Source: an uncultured Gammaproteobacteria bacterium
GTDB taxonomy: Bacteria; Patescibacteriota; Microgenomatia; Levybacterales; UBA12049
Reading direction: 5' to 3'
Assembly: GCA_964416505.1 (NCBI GenBank)
Contig: CAYQEJ010000001.1
Location: 77,774 to 141,773 of the forward strand
Length of the DNA stretch: 64,000 nucleotides
The position numbers and the translations under genes are program-made. Shown one piece after another: positions 21,776-30,734 of the stretch; the stretch's first letter is position 1; each line of letters begins with the position of its first letter. The notes under the pieces are model-generated. The model worked only from the letters and a program-made list of their open reading frames with translations. It did no database searches and had not been told where the DNA came from.

Positions 21776-23410
21776 TTAGTATTGAAGACCGCCAGCAGGA
21801 GTTGATTGTGGGTCTAAATTACTATTCCCTATCCCTCTAATTCTAATTATTCTTTTCATCATCTGATCTACTATCACACTGTCGCGAGTCCATGCTTGAA
21901 GAGTACTAGATATTCTTAATGCAAATAAATCTCTTACCAGTGGATTCTGAAAACTTGTTCCGTGTCTTTCTAAAACAAAATCCATAATAGATGTATCCAT
22001 AAAACCTGCGAGTGTTTTAACGGCTTTAAATCTCCCATCAGGAAGAGTAGTAGTGCATTCTTTTTCATAGCTAACTAACATACTATAAAAAAGACGATCG
22101 TATTCTATATTTATACCTGGAGCTGATTTATTAATAAGATTATCCATCCATTCTAAAATCGGCGCGTTGAAATATTCGTGATCAATTAACATTTTAAGCT
22201 CTCCAATAAGACCCGCTGAATGCTTCGGGTCTATCTTTTCAGGATCGATTCCTCCAAGATAATTTGTTATTAATGTATGTATATATTTTTGATTTAACAG
22301 ATCTGCCTGTACACGATCTATTCCTAATACTTCATAAAACCCTCTTAATTTCAAAACCGAAGAACCCTTAATTAACTGATCTATATCATGGTAATAATCC
22401 ATTGGAGCAACCTCATCCTCCATTCCTAAAGCTTCACCAGATACACTATCTAAATCATAGATGCTTCCTACCGTAGAAATGTTACCTTGATGCGGAAATC
22501 CATGAGTTATCCCATTCATATGCATCCTCGCAAAATATCTACCCACCTTAGTGGGTACATATGTTCCTAAAAAACGAAATATATCATCCATCTTTTCAAT
22601 ATCAAAATAATCGGCTTCATATTCCGGATTCTCTTCACTTTTTAGTCTTTCATAAAAGTTTGCGTAACCAAACGCCCTGCCAATTACTTGAAGAAGTGCC
22701 TCTCTTGTTGGCTGCTCTCCTAAATCCCACATTCTCTCAGGAACCTGCATAGCTCTAACACTAAACCTATACTCTGAAGCCTTTGCAAATCCCCTTATCC
22801 TCGCAAGCTCTTCCCTACCTGCTGAATCTAATAAAAAAGGCATGTATCTTGCTAGAAAAATTCTTTTTAAATCTTTTGCGTTCCGAGTCATTGTATACTT
22901 AACTACACTATCTTTAAAATTTGGGATACTTCTTAATTTTCCCAAGTGTGGAAGTTCTAGGGGTTCGATAATTCTAGTCGTTGCTTCAGCTTCAATTCCC
23001 AGCTCTCTGAGAACTTCAGAAGCTCTTACAGTTCTTTCAAGTAAGACTGCATCCTGAAGTCCATGAGTGTCAAAATTTAAAGGCATCGCACGATTCTCAT
23101 AAATATAAGGATCACCGAGAGTATTCCCTTTCACACTGAATGCTGTAAAAAGTGTGCCATATTGATCACCCCATGCTCCTATTTCCTCCATTCCTCTTAC
23201 AACTAACTCGTAGGACCTACCATGCCTATTAGAAAGCTTATAAAGCTCCACTGGGCTTTCTTCTTTGATACTCCCGGAAATTCCTACGACATGAAGCTGA
23301 TGATCATCAAAAACAAAATCAGGAACTTCTCCTGAAGCAATTGGCACATTGACGGTTTTTGCTTTTACCGCCAAAACACTCACTCTTTCACCGTATCTGG
23401 GTCTTTCCAT
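21776..23410 (-). CDS. Hypothetical protein with divergent SelO/YdiU-like (protein-kinase-like) motifs
   Basis: Long ORF containing FSVKG, R..RASEVLRELGI and MHMNGITHGFPHQGNISTVGSIYDLD. Start ATG 23410 preferred over TTG 23422. Confidence 0.55.
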   Translation of the reverse strand: MERPRYGERVSVLAVKAKTVNVPIASGEVPDFVFDDHQLHVVGISGSIKEESPVELYKLSNRHGRSYELVVRGMEEIGAWGDQYGTLFTAFSVKGNTLGDPYIYENRAMPLNFDTHGLQDAVLLERTVRASEVLRELGIEAEATTRIIEPLELPHLGKLRSIPNFKDSVVKYTMTRNAKDLKRIFLARYMPFLLDSAGREELARIRGFAKASEYRFSVRAMQVPERMWDLGEQPTREALLQVIGRAFGYANFYERLKSEENPEYEADYFDIEKMDDIFRFLGTYVPTKVGRYFARMHMNGITHGFPHQGNISTVGSIYDLDSVSGEALGMEDEVAPMDYYHDIDQLIKGSSVLKLRGFYEVLGIDRVQADLLNQKYIHTLITNYLGGIDPEKIDPKHSAGLIGELKMLIDHEYFNAPILEWMDNLINKSAPGINIEYDRLFYSMLVSYEKECTTTLPDGRFKAVKTLAGFMDTSIMDFVLERHGTSFQNPLVRDLFALRISSTLQAWTRDSVIVDQMMKRIIRIRGIGNSNLDPQSTPAGGLQY

Positions 23411-23465
23411 AAATATAATCAAAGAATTATACTATAAGATATAATCTGAAGCAATTATTTCTCAG

Positions 23466-23508
23466 CCTATAACATTAGCTTCGCAAGGCCTGGCCTTGCG
23501 AAGCTAGG
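23466..23508 (+). repeat. Palindromic element copy 4, perfect 31-bp palindrome, intergenic
   Basis: cctataacat TAGCTTCGCAAGGCC T GGCCTTGCGAAGCTA gg. Arms 23476-23490 and 23492-23506 are exact reverse complements. Confidence 0.97.
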
Positions 23509-23582
23509 ACTATAAGACAATTTATTTCTAAACAGAGATATATAAGAAATGTAAGAAAACGCAATTTATATGCTTGAATTGC

Positions 23583-23611
23583 TTGAAATGTAAAAATTAC
23601 GTAAGTATACT
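23583..23611 (+). promoter_or_regulatory. Sigma70-type promoter for the glycoside hydrolase gene
   Basis: TTGAAA(23583-88)-17 nt-TATACT(23606-11), about 50 nt upstream of ATG 23661. Confidence 0.55.
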
Positions 23612-23660
23612 ATAGGAACTCCGTTAAATTCTCTACTACAAAGCGGATCAAGGATACAAG

Positions 23661-24971
23661 ATGACATTACCAGACTTAAGAGACATAGCCTACAAATCAC
23701 TTTTGGAACTTGCAACTGACGAAGGAATTTACGCTTCCTCCAAAGAAGGAGCATTTGGATGCATTTTTGGAAGAGATTCAGCTATAACTTGCCTTAAAAT
23801 TTTAAGAGTACTCGAAACGTATAAAGGAAAAGATCAGATTGATACTTTAAGATTAAAAGCAATTGTAAGAAACTCCTTAATAAAAATAACAGCACTTCAA
23901 GGAAAAGAAGAAAACAGGGAAAGCGGAGAACAACCTGGTAAATTCATACACGAATTTAGAAAAGATAAGTACGAAAGATTAGTAAACAGACCAAAACCTT
24001 GGTACGTATATCCAGATAAGATTCTTAGAAATTACGATTCAATTGATTCTACGCCTTTGGGATTAATCGCAATTTATAACTACTGGAAAATTACAGGTGA
24101 CAAAGAATTTCTTTTGACTACCCTTCCAGCAGTCGAAAAAGGTCTTATCTGGATAAAAAATTATGGAGACATGGATGGAGACCATCTTTTAGAATATGAA
24201 CTGTCTGAAAAAAGAATTCATGGAGGATTAAGAGTTCAATCCTGGACAGATTCAGCAGAATCCCTACTATCTCCCGAAGGAATGTTTCCCCTTTACCCCA
24301 TAGCACCTGTAGAAGTACAAGGATATGCCTGGCTTGCTCTAAAACTGTGGGGAGAATTCTTCACAGAAAATCCACTCGTAGGAGATCAAACCAAATTTGC
24401 CAAAGAACTCTTAGACTTTTCAAAAAAAATAAAAAAGGCTTTTAATGAAAAATTTATTTTTCATGATGGAAATGATTTTATACCTGCACAAGCATTGGAT
24501 GGGAATAAAAACCAAATAAAGACCTTAACCGGAAATCCCTTACTTCTACTTTGGGCTACATTTCAAAATAATGGCACCAAAGAAACAATTTTAAATGATA
24601 AGTTAATACCCTATCTTGTAAAAAGGTCTTTTGAAGACGATATGTTTGATTCTGAGGGAGGAATCAGAACTATGAGCACCAGATCCATTACTTTCAATCC
24701 AAAAGTTGATTCTTATCACAATGGCAGCTTCTGGCCCAAACTGAACGGAATGGCACATGAAGGACTAGAGAAATGGGGATTTATCAAGGAAGCAGATATG
24801 CTTAGAAATGCATCAATAAAACCCATTATTTATTTTGGGTCTCCAGTAGAACTCTATATTAAAGACCAAACAGGGAAATTTATACTTTATAAGAATGCTA
24901 GAGGTCAGGAAAGCTGTAGAGTTCAGGCATGGTCAGCAGCAGCGCTTCTAGACTTTTTAAAACACGAATAA
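23661..24971 (+). CDS. Amylo-alpha-1,6-glucosidase / glycogen-debranching-like (alpha/alpha)6 glycoside hydrolase
   Basis: IFGRDS, EQPGKFIHEFR, YDSIDSTPL, WTDS, VEVQGY, SYHNGSFWP and QAWSA motifs. Confidence 0.85.
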   Translation: MTLPDLRDIAYKSLLELATDEGIYASSKEGAFGCIFGRDSAITCLKILRVLETYKGKDQIDTLRLKAIVRNSLIKITALQGKEENRESGEQPGKFIHEFRKDKYERLVNRPKPWYVYPDKILRNYDSIDSTPLGLIAIYNYWKITGDKEFLLTTLPAVEKGLIWIKNYGDMDGDHLLEYELSEKRIHGGLRVQSWTDSAESLLSPEGMFPLYPIAPVEVQGYAWLALKLWGEFFTENPLVGDQTKFAKELLDFSKKIKKAFNEKFIFHDGNDFIPAQALDGNKNQIKTLTGNPLLLLWATFQNNGTKETILNDKLIPYLVKRSFEDDMFDSEGGIRTMSTRSITFNPKVDSYHNGSFWPKLNGMAHEGLEKWGFIKEADMLRNASIKPIIYFGSPVELYIKDQTGKFILYKNARGQESCRVQAWSAAALLDFLKHE

Positions 24972-25043
24972 CCTCTTATTGTTTTCTTGCTTTTTTCTCA
25001 TTTTTTTATCATTTGCCAACCTTATATTTAATCGATAAGCAAT

Positions 25044-26213
25044 ATGAGAAAACTAAAAATAGCCCAAATAGCACCAATAATCGAAAGAGTGCCTCCTAAA
25101 AAATACGGCGGGACTGAAAGAGTGGTAAGTACCTTAACTGAAGAACTAGTTAAACGAGGACATGATGTTACTCTATTTGCTTCTGGAGACTCACTTACAA
25201 AAGCAAAACTCGAATCTGTTTTCCCCATTTCTATAAGAGAGGCAAATTTAAAACGTCAAGAAGCTCTTGAATGGAGCATGCTTCATATAGGAAGAGCTTA
25301 TGATATGCAGGACAAATTCGACATAATTCACGACCACAATAGCGCCCTGGGTATGCCACTTGCCAATATCTCCACTACCCCAACAGTAGTTACTCTTCAT
25401 GGAGCCGTCAGAGAATCAACGATTAGAATGTTAAAACAGTACAGAAATCCTAACTTTGTATCCATATCGAAGGACCAGGTAAAATTTGCTGATATAGCAA
25501 AGCATACAGTAATTCCAAACGGATTAGAATTAAATGACTACGAATATTCAGGAACTAATAAAGGCTATCTTCTCTATGTTGGAAGAATATCTGAAATAAA
25601 AGGCACACACATTGCAATAAATGTAGCCCAAAGATTAGATCTGCCTTTAATTATCGCTGCAAAACTTGATGAAGCAGATAAACCTTATTTTAATAAATAT
25701 ATTAAATCAAAATTAAATAACTCAAAAATAAAATGGATTGGAGAAGTCGATAATCTTACCCGTAACAAACTCATGAGTGAAGCGATTTGTTTAGTGAATC
25801 CCATCACATGGAGAGAACCTTTTGGGCTTACTATGATTGAAGCAATGGCTTGCGGCTGTCCTGTAGTAGCTTTTAACAAAGGAGCAGTTCCTGAAGTAAT
25901 GCTAGAGGGTAAAACAGGGTTTATAGTTGAAACTATTGAAGAAATGGTAGATGCGATAAAAAAAATTGAATCCATAAAAAGAATTGAGTGTAGAAATTTC
26001 GCTCTTAAAACATTTAACGAAAAGGTTATGGTAGATAGATACGAAGAATTATATAAAAATATTGCTACAGAAAATACATTTCAAGATTACAGCAGTCTAC
26101 TTGTTTCACCTTCATTCCAAGAAATATTTCGCCCCAGAATCTGGGAATTTCAAGATTTTGAATTTAATTTCGAAACAGAGTCAAACTTAATCGCCTCAAA
26201 AGAAAAAAATTAG
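25044..26213 (+). CDS. GT4 family glycosyltransferase
   Basis: VPPKKYGGTERVV, GRISEIKG, EPFGLTMIEAMACGCPV (EX7E). Confidence 0.93.
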   Translation: MRKLKIAQIAPIIERVPPKKYGGTERVVSTLTEELVKRGHDVTLFASGDSLTKAKLESVFPISIREANLKRQEALEWSMLHIGRAYDMQDKFDIIHDHNSALGMPLANISTTPTVVTLHGAVRESTIRMLKQYRNPNFVSISKDQVKFADIAKHTVIPNGLELNDYEYSGTNKGYLLYVGRISEIKGTHIAINVAQRLDLPLIIAAKLDEADKPYFNKYIKSKLNNSKIKWIGEVDNLTRNKLMSEAICLVNPITWREPFGLTMIEAMACGCPVVAFNKGAVPEVMLEGKTGFIVETIEEMVDAIKKIESIKRIECRNFALKTFNEKVMVDRYEELYKNIATENTFQDYSSLLVSPSFQEIFRPRIWEFQDFEFNFETESNLIASKEKN

Positions 26214-26232
26214 CCTCGCAAGGCCAGGCCTT
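26210..26232 (+). repeat. Palindromic element copy 5, right-truncated; its TAG is the GT4 stop codon
   Basis: tTAGCCTCGCAAGGCC A GGCCTT; TAG 26211-26213 ends ORF 25044..26213. Confidence 0.92.
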
Positions 26233-26324
26233 ATGAGCGTAAATAACTATGAAGTCGGGTCTATTAAACTCTCCTCTAATTTGCCTGCTTTCTTTCTATC
26301 TTGTAAAATATATCCAATAAATTT

Positions 26325-26399
26325 GCCGAAGTAACTCAGGGGTAGAGTAGCTCTTTCGTAAAGAGCAAGTCGTGAGTCCGAATCTCACCTTCGGCTCCA
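26325..26399 (+). tRNA. tRNA-Thr(CGT), CCA encoded
   Basis: GCCGAAG TA ACTC AGGGGTA GAGT A GCTCT TTCGTAA AGAGC AAGTC GTGAG TCCGAAT CTCAC CTTCGGC T CCA. Upstream TTGCCT-17-TAAAAT promoter (26281-26309). Confidence 0.95.
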
Positions 26400-26404
26400 A
26401 ACAT

Positions 26405-27217
26405 ATGAAATTGAAACACCAAAAAAATAAAAGTGATAATATAGAAAATACTAGCACTCCAGGGGTCACTAAAACGCCTCAGGAAGAAATAAATGTAACA
26501 GAAGCTATGCCAAGACGTTCCCGTTTATCAAAATCGAGTTTTCGCAAATCCAGGAACACTATGATTCTTAGCATATTGGGAATTATTGCAATTCTTTTCC
26601 TGTTGCTGCGATACGGTATTCCCTTAATAAGTGACGCCAGTTTTATAGTGGGACGAGTAACTAGCTCTCCTGACAAAAAAACTATTACAGAAAACGATAA
26701 GTTCCTAGCTAATCCCGACATAGACTTGCCAGAAAAAGCTACAAAAGAAGACCATATAACTATCTCTGGTACTTCTTTAGGAGGAGACAAAGTTAAAATT
26801 TATGTTAACGGAAGCTTTGACAGCGAGGCAGATATCAATGAAGACAGATCATTTGAAGTAAGAATCAAGTTATCCGAAGGTGAAAATATCATTAAAGCAA
26901 AAGCAATTAAAGATAACGGAGAAAGTGAATTTTCAGATTCAGTTATTGTGTCATATATAAAAAAAGGGCCTGAACTTTCCATAGATTCACCAACGGATGG
27001 ATCAGAAATCAAAAATACTAATCCTATTGAAATAAAAGGAAAATCTGATCCAGATACCACAATTACAGTAAATGATTTTCAAGCGGTATCGTCTAGCGAC
27101 GGAGCATACACTTATCTCTTAACACTAAGGGATGGAGGAAACGATATAAAAGTAATTGCTGTTGATTTAGCGGGAAATAAAACTGAGAAATCTATTCACG
27201 TGAACTATTCTCACTAA
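26405..27217 (+). CDS. Membrane-anchored protein with two bacterial Ig-like domains
   Basis: One TM helix, then repeated beta-rich units ending LSEGENIIKAKA and LRDGGNDIKVIAVDLAGN. ORF-track start lies in tRNA-Thr; ATG 26405 or a later Met is more likely. Confidence 0.75.
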   Translation: MKLKHQKNKSDNIENTSTPGVTKTPQEEINVTEAMPRRSRLSKSSFRKSRNTMILSILGIIAILFLLLRYGIPLISDASFIVGRVTSSPDKKTITENDKFLANPDIDLPEKATKEDHITISGTSLGGDKVKIYVNGSFDSEADINEDRSFEVRIKLSEGENIIKAKAIKDNGESEFSDSVIVSYIKKGPELSIDSPTDGSEIKNTNPIEIKGKSDPDTTITVNDFQAVSSSDGAYTYLLTLRDGGNDIKVIAVDLAGNKTEKSIHVNYSH

Positions 27218-28376
27218 TTCCTACAAGAACCCATAACCAAATCATAATAAAGCTGTAAAAAAGACTATTCAACAGCAAGCTGTTAAACATAATCCCCCCC
27301 AGCGAAACAACAAGGATTAACGAATAATAATTTTTTTCAACTACTTTTAAATTCATCTTTATGATTCTGTAAAGTAAGAATAAATATACCATTAACCCAG
27401 GAATCCCTGTCGTTGCAAGAAGAAATGCATAGCTATTATCAGAACCTGCCCCAGCACGGTTTGGATAAGGAGCCCAATCTTTTTGTATATATTTTTCTCT
27501 TGCATAACGGTAATTATTAAATCCAACCCCGAGGATAGGATTTTTACTAAAAATTACTACCGCTTCTTTTGCGCTCAAAATTCTCTGCTCTAGAGAAGGT
27601 GTTCTTAGAAGATTCATATTTTCGATATAAAATCTCGGAGATAAAATTATAAAAACAAAGATTAATAGAAAAGATAAAATTAAGATAAGCTTATATTTTT
27701 TTTCTAATATTGCATATAAAACAGTTGCAGATCCTAACATTAAAAGCGCACTTCTAGAGAAAGTAAGAATGATACTTAAAAAGGTTAAGAAAATAATAGT
27801 GTTTAATAAATACTTAAATCTTTTAGAAAATTTATTTTTCTCTTTATATATAAAAACAAATATTAAAAAAGTAACTAAGAATGTTCCTGCGAAATTTGGA
27901 TCAAAAAAAGATGAGAAAAGTCTATACATATGCTCATCCCATCCTTGATAATATAAATTCTTAAGACTTGGATAAAAAATATACTGTAAATATCCGATGA
28001 CCAAAAATATTGTCCCAGTTAGTGTTAGGAGAATATTAATTTTATATTTTTTTAAATTAATATCTCTAAAAACAAAATAGAGCATTGCATACAAAATCCA
28101 CCTAACTAAATAAAGAGCTCCTATCAAAATATTAGAAGTGTTAAAGATTTTAATACTTAAAATTAACGAAACTATAGAAAGTATTAAAAAAATTACAATG
28201 GGCAATTTAAGTTTATATGAAGATTTTTTAACAAAAAGAAACCACGAAATAACAATTCCCAAAATTACTAAATCTACAAAGGCAACATTTATATGATTTG
28301 GTAAATCGAATTTAAGAAACTCTCCTAATGAAAGCGAAATAAAGAAAATCGGAATTAAAATTTTTAGTAATACCAT
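27192..28376 (-). CDS. O-antigen ligase/polymerase-like (Wzy_C) membrane protein
   Basis: R..S.F.DPN, LTFSRSA, NPILGVGFNNY, DNSY..LLATTGI.G; polytopic. Confidence 0.85.
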   Translation of the reverse strand: MVLLKILIPIFFISLSLGEFLKFDLPNHINVAFVDLVILGIVISWFLFVKKSSYKLKLPIVIFLILSIVSLILSIKIFNTSNILIGALYLVRWILYAMLYFVFRDINLKKYKINILLTLTGTIFLVIGYLQYIFYPSLKNLYYQGWDEHMYRLFSSFFDPNFAGTFLVTFLIFVFIYKEKNKFSKRFKYLLNTIIFLTFLSIILTFSRSALLMLGSATVLYAILEKKYKLILILSFLLIFVFIILSPRFYIENMNLLRTPSLEQRILSAKEAVVIFSKNPILGVGFNNYRYAREKYIQKDWAPYPNRAGAGSDNSYAFLLATTGIPGLMVYLFLLYRIIKMNLKVVEKNYYSLILVVSLGGIMFNSLLLNSLFYSFIMIWLWVLVGISENSSRE

Positions 28377-29935
28377 ACTTGATCAAGAGTATAAACAGAA
28401 ACATTTGTTAACGTATTTTTGTAAATAAGTTTCCAATTTTTAAATCTTTCCGGCACTCCTCCACCCTGAACAGCTACAAAATTGAATTTATCACCTTTCT
28501 TAACATAACTATTATCTATAAACGGAAAGTTTACATAATATATATTATGAAATCCATATAAAAGAACCTTATCGTCTTCTTTTATATTTTCTTTAAACCA
28601 ATTATCTGTGTCATAGAAATCTCCAAAATTAAAGTTTAAATTTTTTGTCAAAAATTCATTCTTTGATTGTAGTCCTATAATTTTTGGTATATATCGAGCA
28701 TTCGCGGCTCCTCTATAAAATAATGTTATAAAAGCAATTAATAAAACAGTAGATATCAAAAAATTTTTAATTTTTTTTGGTTGATTAAAGATTAATATGG
28801 AAACAGCAACTGATAATACTGGTAAGTATGGCAAAATAAATCTCCCTCCCCCTGTTCTTGGAGTAAAATACCAAACCAATAGAGAAACAAAAACATAAAT
28901 TGGAATTAATTTCTTTTCTTTGTCAAATTTTTTCATATTTATTACCAGTAAAGGCAATACAATTATAAAAATTGGAGAAATTGGATCTGCAGAGAATAAA
29001 AATAAATTAATAAAATCAACGATAAATACTTTTAGGTTAAGTATTTGAATTGGGTTTCCTAAATCATATCCTCCAAAAACTGGATAGAAAGGATTTCCAG
29101 AATTTATATATGAAAAGAATAACCAGGGAAATACAGTTATAAGTGAAGAAGATAAAAAAATAAATGAACTTTTTATTTTTTCCTTTGATTTGTTTTCTAT
29201 AATTAAAAATAAAAATAAAAATATAGGTATTGATCCAAAGGCAATTAACTTCGTAGAAATTGCTAATCCAAGCAACACTCCTGATTCAACTATAAACTTT
29301 TTTTCTCTGTTTTTTAGATATTCTATAATTCCCCAGAATGCCATTACTTCATAAAATGTTCTAATTAAATCCACATATGCAACCGTTGATTCCCATGCAA
29401 CTACTAATGAACTATAAAAAATTATTGAAGCGATTATGGAACCTTTTTCATTTAAAAAATTTCTTGAAATTTTATAAACAGCCAAACTAGTCATTATTCC
29501 AAGGATAAGCTGGATAAGCTTAGGTATAATTTCACTTCCAAACATAAGACCAGGAATAAAAAGCATCTCCCCTAATTTTGGCATTAAGGAGTAATAAAAT
29601 AGTCCTCCTTGAATGTAGAAAATTTTTTGTTCCTGAATAAATATTTTTGGAATTGTTAGGTGATACCAAAGAGCATCAAAAGAAAGTTCAGGGCCTAATG
29701 CACCCACTAAATTAACTAAGGCCAGTGATAGAAAAAGCAACAAATACTTCTTTTCTTTAAATTTCTTAATATTAATTTTTGGAACATCATCTTTTTTATA
29801 CTGAAAATATGTAAAACCACCTATCAAAAAAAGGGTTGTCGAAATAAATACCCAATTCTTCTCTAAATTTCCAGATATCCCCAAAATAAAAATCAAATAG
29901 GAATAAATTCCTATCAAAAAAGCTAAAGCAAACAT
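28364..29935 (-). CDS. GT-C fold membrane glycosyltransferase (GT39/PMT-like)
   Basis: FDALWYHL.IPK in the first loop, YVDL, GNPFYP, RFILP; many TM helices. Confidence 0.7.
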   Translation of the reverse strand: MFALAFLIGIYSYLIFILGISGNLEKNWVFISTTLFLIGGFTYFQYKKDDVPKINIKKFKEKKYLLLFLSLALVNLVGALGPELSFDALWYHLTIPKIFIQEQKIFYIQGGLFYYSLMPKLGEMLFIPGLMFGSEIIPKLIQLILGIMTSLAVYKISRNFLNEKGSIIASIIFYSSLVVAWESTVAYVDLIRTFYEVMAFWGIIEYLKNREKKFIVESGVLLGLAISTKLIAFGSIPIFLFLFLIIENKSKEKIKSSFIFLSSSLITVFPWLFFSYINSGNPFYPVFGGYDLGNPIQILNLKVFIVDFINLFLFSADPISPIFIIVLPLLVINMKKFDKEKKLIPIYVFVSLLVWYFTPRTGGGRFILPYLPVLSVAVSILIFNQPKKIKNFLISTVLLIAFITLFYRGAANARYIPKIIGLQSKNEFLTKNLNFNFGDFYDTDNWFKENIKEDDKVLLYGFHNIYYVNFPFIDNSYVKKGDKFNFVAVQGGGVPERFKNWKLIYKNTLTNVSVYTLDQVWYY

Positions 29936-30027
29936 ATCCCCTTTCTACATAACAGATGACTTAGGTAAATAATAATCACAGATACACTCCAGAGCATGAA
30001 AATCCAGTAGGAAATATTCTTATTCAT
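29923..30027 (-). CDS. Small 34-aa single-TM peptide missing from the ORF track
   Basis: MNKNISYWIFMLWSVSVIIIYLSHLLCRKGICLL*. Its ATG overlaps the upstream TGA (ATGA) and the ORF fills the intergenic gap. Confidence 0.55.
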   Translation of the reverse strand: MNKNISYWIFMLWSVSVIIIYLSHLLCRKGICLL

Positions 30028-30734
30028 TTTTTTGCGACAGCAATTAAAGAAATGCCAATTGGCATAGGAAATTTTTTTTCTATTTTTTTTACAACTGGAA
30101 CTACTAAATCAAAGGCTGCAACCTGCTTTTGAGTTAGCTGTATTTCTTGTCCTTTTAGATAATTCCTCACTACCCAAGTTACTAAGCCTAATGCATTAAA
30201 CAAAGAAATGTTTTCTAAGTGTAATCCTGTTTTTTCAATTTTTTTCGTAAGTTCTTCTTTTCCATATCTTCTAAAATGACCTAATTCTTTGTCCAAAGTA
30301 TTAAAAGCCCATTTGTTTGCCGGCACGAGAAGAACCAATTTCCCATCGTTCTTAAGAATTTTTTTTATGTTTCTTAAAGCTTTTTCATCTTCCTCAATAT
30401 GCTCTAATACATTTACACATATTACGCTATTAAATTTATTCAGTAATTTTTTTGGAGGATCTTTAGATATATCTAATCGATAAATTTGATTATCTTTAAA
30501 TTTTTTTTCCAAATGACTTACAAGTCCTTCATCTATATCAGTTAAAACTAGATTACCATCTTTTGCAAAATAAGATGAAATATTTCCTATCCCAGCCCCA
30601 ACCTCAATAGCGGGAAATTTTACATGCGGTTTTAAGTTCTCATATATCCATTCGTTATATCTATTTGCGCCTTTCAATACCTCCAAAGTTACAACACCTT
30701 TGTAATCTGAATTTATAACTATTTTTTTTGCCAT
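30024..30734 (-). CDS. Class I SAM-dependent methyltransferase
   Basis: IEVGAGIGN, NVLEHIEED, LVLLVPA, GHFRRY. Confidence 0.88.
   Translation of the reverse strand: MAKKIVINSDYKGVVTLEVLKGANRYNEWIYENLKPHVKFPAIEVGAGIGNISSYFAKDGNLVLTDIDEGLVSHLEKKFKDNQIYRLDISKDPPKKLLNKFNSVICVNVLEHIEEDEKALRNIKKILKNDGKLVLLVPANKWAFNTLDKELGHFRRYGKEELTKKIEKTGLHLENISLFNALGLVTWVVRNYLKGQEIQLTQKQVAAFDLVVPVVKKIEKKFPMPIGISLIAVAKK

Noticed and set aside
23466-23515. Repeats as integron attC sites (left ...TAAC, right GCTAGG)
   Set aside because: The right end lacks the invariant GTT, the hairpin is perfect without extrahelical bases, it is shorter than typical attC, and no integron integrase is present.
27192-27207. TTCACGTGAA as a parS site
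   Set aside because: Only the 10-bp core plus one base match TGTTTCACGTGAAACA; the outer arms are absent and it lies in overlapping coding ends.
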